Positions 58,566 through 64,000 of a DNA stretch of 64,000 nucleotides are shown in pieces. The first letter of the stretch is position 1. Each line of letters starts with the position of its first letter. The position numbers and the translations under genes are program-made. A model generated the notes under the pieces. That model made no database searches. It saw only the letters and a list, made by a program, of their open reading frames with translations, and was not told the origin of the DNA. Origin of the DNA: Candidatus Multivoradales bacterium (GTDB lineage Bacteria > Acidobacteriota > Thermoanaerobaculia > Multivoradales > JAHEKO01); contig CBDFIJ010000004.1 in NCBI GenBank assembly GCA_965248055.1, forward strand, positions 1,376,001 to 1,440,000, written 5' to 3'.

Positions 58566-58709
58566 GGCGGTTAGTCTACCGCTAAGTTGAGGCATCTAAA
58601 CCAACGATCTCGATCGATTTTGAAGCACTAGTAGAACACTCCTGGAAAGAGCTCCAGGCGTGAGACAATCACGCCGAACAAAGGCGCTAATCGTTAAGGA
58701 AAGGAACTC

Positions 58710-60359
58710 ATGTCGGCAGTACCCACACCTCGACCCATCACCGAAATCGCAGCTAAACTTGGCATCCAAGATTACCATCTCGTCCCCTACGGCAAGGACA
58801 AAGCCAAAGTCGAACTCGCAGCCGTCGATTCTGGCCGCAAACCAGGGCGGTTGGTACTGGTTTCAGCGATCACCCCAACCAGTGCCGGCGAAGGGAAAAC
58901 CACCACTTCGATCGGGCTCGCCCAAGGACTGGCCAAAATTGGCAAGAACGTATGTCTAGCACTGAGAGAGCCGTCTCTTGGCCCAACCTTCGGCAAGAAG
59001 GGCGGAGCCACCGGGGGCGGCAAGACCATCGTCATTCCAACCCAAGACATCAACCTGCATTTCACCGGCGATTTTCACGCCATCACCAGTGCCAACAATT
59101 TGTTGGCGGCGATGATCGACAACCACATCTATCAAGGCAACGAACTAAAAATTGATTCACGCCGAGTGACTTGGCGCCGGGTCATGGACCTCAACGACCG
59201 AGCCTTGCGCAACACCGTCGTCGGTCTGGGCGGACGCCTGCAGGGGGTTCCCCGAGAGGGTGGCTTTGACATCACCGCCGCCTCGGAAGTGATGGCGGTG
59301 TTGTGCCTGTCCGAGGACGAGAGTGACCTGCGTCGTCGACTCAGCCGCATGCTGGTCGGCTATACCTTTCGCGACGAACCGGTGACCGCCGGTGATATTG
59401 GCGCCGTGGGGGCGATGATGGTGCTGCTCAAAGACGCGATCAAGCCCAACTTGGTGCAAAGTGTTGAGGGCGTGCCGACCTTTATCCACGGTGGCCCCTT
59501 CGCCAACATCGCCCACGGTTGCAACTCGGTGATTGCCACCAAGATGGCGATGGCCCACGCCGACTGGGTGGTCACCGAAGCTGGATTTGGTTTCGATCTG
59601 GGTGCCGAGAAGTTCTTCGACATCAAATGTCGGAGCGCCGGGCTGGACACCGTTGCGGTGGTTCTGGTGGCCACCGTCCGCGCCCTCAAACGGCATGGTG
59701 GGGTCAAGAAAGCCAATTTAGGCACTCCAGATCCAGAAGCCGTCGAACGAGGTCTGCCCAACCTGCACAAACATATCGAAAACATTCGCGCCTTTGGTGA
59801 AACCCCGGTGGTGACGCTCAATCGCTTTGCCACCGACACCGATGAGGAGGTCGAGATGGTGCGACGCGCGTGCGCCGAACACAATGCTCCGTTCGCAGTG
59901 TGCGACGGATTCGCCCTCGGTGGGGATGGGGCGGTCGAGCTGGCCAAAACACTGGTCGAACACACCGAGCACATCTCCACTCCCTACACTCCGCTCTACC
60001 AACTCGAAGACAGCATCGAAACCAAGATGCGCAAGATCGCCAGCACCATGTACGGCGCCAAGACCATTACCTACACTAAATCCGCCAAGCAGGAGATCAA
60101 GCGCCTCAAAGCCCTCGGCTACGACAAACTGCCGCTATGTGTTGCAAAAACTCCAACCTCACTCACCGACGATCCGATGCGGGCGGGCCGACCCCGAGAT
60201 TTTGAAATCACGGTTCGTGGCTTCGTAGTCTCGGCTGGCGCTGGATTCGTGGTACCGCTGCTCGGCGACATCATGCGCATGCCGGGTCTGCCAAAAGAAC
60301 CCCAGGCGATGCATATGGACTTAGTGGACGGGGAGATTCAGGGGCTGATGGGGGCCTAG
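58710..60359 (+). CDS. fhs: Formate--tetrahydrofolate ligase
   Basis: TPTSAGEGKTT, LREPSLGP, INLHFTGDFHAI, HGGPFANIAHGCNS, VTEAGFG, MPGLP. Confidence 0.97.
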   Translation: MSAVPTPRPITEIAAKLGIQDYHLVPYGKDKAKVELAAVDSGRKPGRLVLVSAITPTSAGEGKTTTSIGLAQGLAKIGKNVCLALREPSLGPTFGKKGGATGGGKTIVIPTQDINLHFTGDFHAITSANNLLAAMIDNHIYQGNELKIDSRRVTWRRVMDLNDRALRNTVVGLGGRLQGVPREGGFDITAASEVMAVLCLSEDESDLRRRLSRMLVGYTFRDEPVTAGDIGAVGAMMVLLKDAIKPNLVQSVEGVPTFIHGGPFANIAHGCNSVIATKMAMAHADWVVTEAGFGFDLGAEKFFDIKCRSAGLDTVAVVLVATVRALKRHGGVKKANLGTPDPEAVERGLPNLHKHIENIRAFGETPVVTLNRFATDTDEEVEMVRRACAEHNAPFAVCDGFALGGDGAVELAKTLVEHTEHISTPYTPLYQLEDSIETKMRKIASTMYGAKTITYTKSAKQEIKRLKALGYDKLPLCVAKTPTSLTDDPMRAGRPRDFEITVRGFVVSAGAGFVVPLLGDIMRMPGLPKEPQAMHMDLVDGEIQGLMGA

Positions 60360-60364
60360 GCCAA

Positions 60365-60394
60365 GTCTAGGTCTAAGTCTAAGTCTAAGTCTAA
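60365..60394 (+). repeat. Hexamer tandem repeat GTCTA(G/A) x5
   Basis: gtctag gtctaa gtctaa gtctaa gtctaa between convergent stops. Confidence 0.9.
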
Positions 60395-60837
60395 GATATC
60401 CAACGCATACTGGAATCGGTGACCGTCCAACGGCCATCGTCCAGCGGACCTACATACGACTCATACCTCACTACAAACGCCGTATCTGAGAACCGCCAAA
60501 GGGGCCGTATCCGAAGGATCGCAGCATGCTCCGCATTCTCTTTGTTGCGTTCTCGCCACCATCGGTCCGTCCAATTGGGCCAAACCTCGTCGGTCTCGGA
60601 AAAGAGGTGGACTCGGGAGTCGTCGCTAAACCGCTCCATCAACAGTCCAGGTGGATCCCTATTCCAGCCAACCTCAAAAAAGATCGCGTGCGTCGTACTC
60701 AAGCATCCAACCGACGAGACGCCACTGGGCCACTGGGCTGGCAATTTGACAAATTCCACTGATCGATCACACGCTTGGCCTGCGCCCGCCGTTATCGTTA
60801 ACCACATCGCAAACGAGGCAAGTTTTGTGAGAGCCAT
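60391..60837 (-). CDS. Secreted hypothetical protein
   Basis: Signal-like N-terminus; C-terminus loosely resembles 8462-9091. Confidence 0.5.
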   Translation of the reverse strand: MALTKLASFAMWLTITAGAGQACDRSVEFVKLPAQWPSGVSSVGCLSTTHAIFFEVGWNRDPPGLLMERFSDDSRVHLFSETDEVWPNWTDRWWRERNKENAEHAAILRIRPLWRFSDTAFVVRYESYVGPLDDGRWTVTDSSMRWIS

Positions 60838-60934
60838 GCTGAAATCCTATGCAGTAGCCCATTGGCCCTGGCTTCGCCAAGGTATTCGGCGCGATCGACC
60901 AAGAAACTAAAACCCAACTTAGACAGGAGCACTG

Positions 60935-61417
60935 ATGAAAAACACCGTCATTTCCGTATTCCACGCCGCCAACAGCGTTTTGCACGCCAACGTCGATGGC
61001 CTGACCCACTCAGAGAGCTTGGTGACGCCAGAGCCGGCAGGCAATAGCTTGAACTGGGTGGTTGGTCACTTGGTCGCCACTTACAACCGATTCCTGCCGG
61101 CGATCGGTGGCGCAGCGGTTTGGAGTGACGAACAGTCGGCGGCCTATCGCCGCGGTAGCTCCCTGCTCGACCCCGCCGACGCACTGCCCTTCGAGGAAAT
61201 TATGGAAGCTTTTCGCGCCGCCCACGCAGCTGTGGTCGAACGGGTTGCTGAGCTGGAACCGCAGCAACTGGCGGCGCCTGCCCCCTACTCACCGGGCAAC
61301 AACCCCGACGAAACCATCGCTTCGCTGGCCACAGTTCTGGCGTTTCATCAGTCGTATCACGTCGGGCAGACCGGCATGCTCCGCCGGATCGCGGGCCACG
61401 ACGGAGCGATCAAGTAG
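60935..61417 (+). CDS. DinB/YfiT-family protein
   Basis: NSLNWVVGHL..FHQSYHVGQ metal-binding His pattern; RBS aggag. Confidence 0.88.
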   Translation: MKNTVISVFHAANSVLHANVDGLTHSESLVTPEPAGNSLNWVVGHLVATYNRFLPAIGGAAVWSDEQSAAYRRGSSLLDPADALPFEEIMEAFRAAHAAVVERVAELEPQQLAAPAPYSPGNNPDETIASLATVLAFHQSYHVGQTGMLRRIAGHDGAIK

Positions 61418-61438
61418 CAAGACGAGCCGTTTAGCTTT

Positions 61439-61753
61439 TCAAGCCTTTTTCGTCGGCCGAATCAACGCGTATTTCTGCAGGTCAAGCTCTTGGGTCAGAA
61501 GATCCGGAAGCCGGACCAAGGCGTGTTGCAGGTGGGGTGTCTCCAGGTGGGCATCGAGAGCAGCGACGGAGTCCCATTCTTCGATAAATCGAAACTCATC
61601 CGGGTTGTCGTTGTTGCGCCATAGGTCGTATTGGCGACACCCTGCTTCGGCGTGGGTCGGCTCGATCAATCCAACTAGCAACGCTTCCAACTCTCCCGCT
61701 TTTCCTGGGCGGGCGATCATTGTGGCAATTAGGCGTACGGTCTCTGAAGACAT
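61439..61753 (-). CDS. ABM-family putative quinol monooxygenase
   Basis: ARPGK..THAEAGCRQYDL..FIEEWDS.AALDAHLETPH. Confidence 0.9.
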   Translation of the reverse strand: MSSETVRLIATMIARPGKAGELEALLVGLIEPTHAEAGCRQYDLWRNNDNPDEFRFIEEWDSVAALDAHLETPHLQHALVRLPDLLTQELDLQKYALIRPTKKA

Positions 61754-61836
61754 ATGTGTTTTCTCCCTGGTCAATGCAACAGAGCAGATACTACGACAAC
61801 AACCTCGACCCTTGAGACCACCGATCCAGTCGGCTC

Positions 61837-61877
61837 TTGACGCGACCCCTGCTAAATGCCTATCGTTGAAATACGAT
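61837..61877 (+). promoter_or_regulatory. Sigma70-like promoter with overlapping ATCG-N8-CGAT operator, upstream of arsR
   Basis: ttgacg (61837) - 18 nt - tatcgt (61861); palindrome atcg ttgaaata cgat 61862-61877. Confidence 0.7.
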
Positions 61878-62223
61878 GACCACGAAGCCCACCGCTAACG
61901 CACCCACCATCGGAGCCGTCCCGCCCCAGTGCTGTTCTCTATCGATCAAGGGAGCCGAGCAGAAGCGGCTAGTTTCGATGTTCAAAGCACTGGGAAACCC
62001 CATCCGCTTTGAAATCCTCAAGTTCTTGTTAACCCACCCCGGCTGCATCACTGGTGACATCGTCAACCATTTGCCGATCGCCCAGGCGACTGTGTCGCAG
62101 CATCTAAAAGTGCTGCGTCAAGCCGGTTGGATTCAAGGCGTGACGCAGGGGCCAGCCACTTCATATTGCCTGGATCCTGAGGTCGTCACTTGGTTTCGCA
62201 CCAAGGTCAGCGAAATCTTCTAG
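61876..62223 (+). CDS. ArsR/SmtB-family transcriptional repressor
   Basis: FKALGNPIRFEIL, CITGDIV, AQATVSQHLKVLRQAGWI; N-terminal Cys-Cys. Confidence 0.93.
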   Translation: MTTKPTANAPTIGAVPPQCCSLSIKGAEQKRLVSMFKALGNPIRFEILKFLLTHPGCITGDIVNHLPIAQATVSQHLKVLRQAGWIQGVTQGPATSYCLDPEVVTWFRTKVSEIF

Positions 62224-62504
62224 GGCGTAGGCTGTTTATTGCCCCTGTCACGCGCTTCTCGAAACTTGGCGCGGACTTGCCCCGTTTGTACCGCCATGAC
62301 GATGGCTTGCACAGCACCGATTTCCTCATCACTAATCCCGATTTCTTTGGCGACCCCAAAGTAGCTGTCCATTCACGGATAGCAACCACTGGCCATGGCG
62401 CTGGCCAAGTGCAGCATGACGGTGGTTCGCTCGTCGAGGTGTTGATTGTGGCGAGCGCTCCGGTAGAAAGCCCCCCACGCCCTTCTCTGTTCCTTGGGTA
62501 ACAT
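62220..62504 (-). CDS. CMD/AhpD-like selenoprotein (CxxU), 94 aa
   Basis: MLPKEQRRAWGAFY..LDERTTVMLHLASAMASGCYP-UGA-MDSYFGVAKEIGISDEEIGAVQAIVMAV..TP*; UGA at 62375-62373; SECIS-like hairpin at 62345-62361. Confidence 0.8.
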
Positions 62505-62530
62505 TGAGTCCTCCGTTGCTGGTTGGCTGG

Positions 62531-63526
62531 CTAGCTCGGAATCAAGTATTGAAATCCGTACCCGATACCGATCACACCAGCGGTGAAAACAAGCACGATT
62601 TCCAGCAGTAGGCGTCGAGGAAGAATACGCGACAACATGATTCCCTCGGGCAAGCTGAACCCGGATGAGGCCATTAAGAAAGCAGTCACAGCACCCACGC
62701 TCGCTCCTTTGGCGAGCAAACCGGTGCTTAAGGGCATTAACACCACAATACTGGCGTAGACCGGCACCCCAAACGCGGCAGCAGCCGGAATCGCGAACAG
62801 TGAATCGGGTCCGATCACCCGGCTCAAGGCCTGGGCTGGTAGGTAGTCGTGGATCAAAGCACCGATACCGACCGCGACCAGCAGTGGCCAAGCCAATTTA
62901 CGGAGGTCAACAAAACTCCGTTGAAACGCATTCCTAAACTCAGTCGCGAGGCGACGAGCCCTGGCTTGAATCGACAGTCGCGCGACCAGTGGAGCCCTAC
63001 CGTCCCGGTTGACCTCGGCGATCGGCGCAGTATCGCAAACGGCATCGCAAGCGACATCGCAGTCAGTCTCGGTCGTCTGCGCCAGCTCGTCGCTTGCCGT
63101 TCTATTTCGACCGATGAACCATCCACCGGCAGCCGCCAGGGTCATTCCAGCGGCGCTGTAGAGCAGTGAATATCCCCATCCAAAGTACCGACCCAGAAGG
63201 GCTATCGCCACCGGGCTCACCAGCGGTGAGGCGACCAAGAAGGCAACCAGAGTTGATGTCGGTACTCCGGAACGCAGCAAGCCATTGGCCAACGGAACCG
63301 TCGAGCAAGAGCAAAAGGGCGTCACCGCGCCCAAGATAGTCGCCAACGGCACTCCCAACCAACCAGATCGGCTTCCCAGCCAACGACGAAGTCGCTCCGG
63401 GGTCAGGCGGTCAGTCAGTAGGTAAACCAGAGTACTCACCACCAAGAACAAAGGGATCAACTCAGCAGTGAGCCGCAGGGCAAACCCTAAGGAGTTAAGA
63501 AGTACAGCACTGGTTATTTCATTCAT
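62531..63526 (-). CDS. ArsP/DUF318-like permease
   Basis: LGAVTPFCSCSTVP, AFLVASPLV, GVPVY, GAVTAFLM..SLPE. Confidence 0.9.
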   Translation of the reverse strand: MNEITSAVLLNSLGFALRLTAELIPLFLVVSTLVYLLTDRLTPERLRRWLGSRSGWLGVPLATILGAVTPFCSCSTVPLANGLLRSGVPTSTLVAFLVASPLVSPVAIALLGRYFGWGYSLLYSAAGMTLAAAGGWFIGRNRTASDELAQTTETDCDVACDAVCDTAPIAEVNRDGRAPLVARLSIQARARRLATEFRNAFQRSFVDLRKLAWPLLVAVGIGALIHDYLPAQALSRVIGPDSLFAIPAAAAFGVPVYASIVVLMPLSTGLLAKGASVGAVTAFLMASSGFSLPEGIMLSRILPRRLLLEIVLVFTAGVIGIGYGFQYLIPS

Positions 63527-63564
63527 CGCATATTTACGATAACTAAAGCTTCAACCACTGTCAA
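63525..63564 (-). promoter_or_regulatory. Sigma70-like promoter with overlapping ATCG-N8-CGAT operator, upstream of the permease
   Basis: Minus strand TTGACA - 17 nt - TATCGT - 9 nt - ATG; palindrome at 63525-63540. Confidence 0.78.
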
Positions 63565-63628
63565 CAGCTCCCTCTGAGTTTCTCTGGATTCCTACCGAGC
63601 TAGGGGTTCGTTACCTGGAGTCAGTGCC

Positions 63629-64000
63629 TTAGAAATCTGTGATCTGGGAATCCGTAATCCGGGAACCTGTGATCTGGGAACCTGCGGCCGCTGCGCTAAC
63701 CGTCTTTTCCATGATTTCATCCTTGCCGCCCATGCCGTAGATCACAATCTGGCTGCCCTCTTCGCGACCCAGCCGTTCCAGGACATTCAGGCGGTACATC
63801 TCCATCGCCCTGGAACTGAGAAGCTCAGAAGCTTCTTGCAGCTTGCCGGCGATCGCTTTCTCTGCGTCGGCCTCGGCGATCTTGGCCTGAGCAGAACGTC
63901 GGGACTGGGCCAAGACGCTGAGTTCTTGAATCAGATCGGGTGGCACGTGAACATCGGTGATCTCGACCGACGAGACATCGATACCGAAAGAAGATGCGGC
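63629..64000 (-). CDS. SPFH/band-7 (stomatin-like) protein, C-terminal part (runs off the window)
   Basis: FGIDVSSVEITDVHVP..AQSRRSAQAKIAEADAE..AMEMYRLNVL. Confidence 0.75.
   Translation of the reverse strand, partial: AASSFGIDVSSVEITDVHVPPDLIQELSVLAQSRRSAQAKIAEADAEKAIAGKLQEASELLSSRAMEMYRLNVLERLGREEGSQIVIYGMGGKDEIMEKTVSAAAAGSQITGSRITDSQITDF

Noticed and set aside
63631-63684. 15-bp imperfect repeats encoding GSQIT/GSRIT/DSQIT
   Set aside because: Short low-complexity extension at the C-terminus of the SPFH protein; no further structure
1-64000. tRNA or rRNA genes
   Set aside because: None recognised by eye; a covariance-model scan would be needed to exclude small RNAs

Overview
The window has three parts. 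(1) 1-3 kb: a Glu/Leu/Phe/Val dehydrogenase, a rhomboid protease and a broken LytTR gene. (2) About 3.0-32.7 kb: a large polymorphic-toxin island. A 2035-aa signal-peptide-bearing Rhs protein (Ig + PKD inserts, Ntox44-like tip) is followed by about 20 kb of orphan Rhs C-terminal/immunity cassettes. These are interleaved with two full and four 5'-truncated copies of a RAYT-like HUH (Y1) transposase, three IS256 copies and one IS110/IS1111 element. At least 24 co-oriented short sites with a TGG(C/G/A)ACC core punctuate the array. Their left 'heads' are RAYT-end-like sequences and their right 'tails' are short, often tandemly reiterated words. Heads and tails occur in swapped combinations and sit at cassette and truncation junctions. 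This suggests an integron-like, HUH-transposase-driven toxin shuffling system, and the IS1111 element appears to be programmed against its end motif. (3) 33-64 kb: mostly housekeeping genes. These are an RND efflux trio, xseAB, a VWA protein, a patatin-like membrane protein, an aa3-type cytochrome c oxidase cluster and fhs. There is also a small ArsR regulon with an ArsP-like permease and an uncalled CxxU selenoprotein of the CMD/AhpD fold with a SECIS-like hairpin. The gene content suggests Acidobacteriota (inference only). All calls come from reading the sequence and its motifs; no database searches were run.
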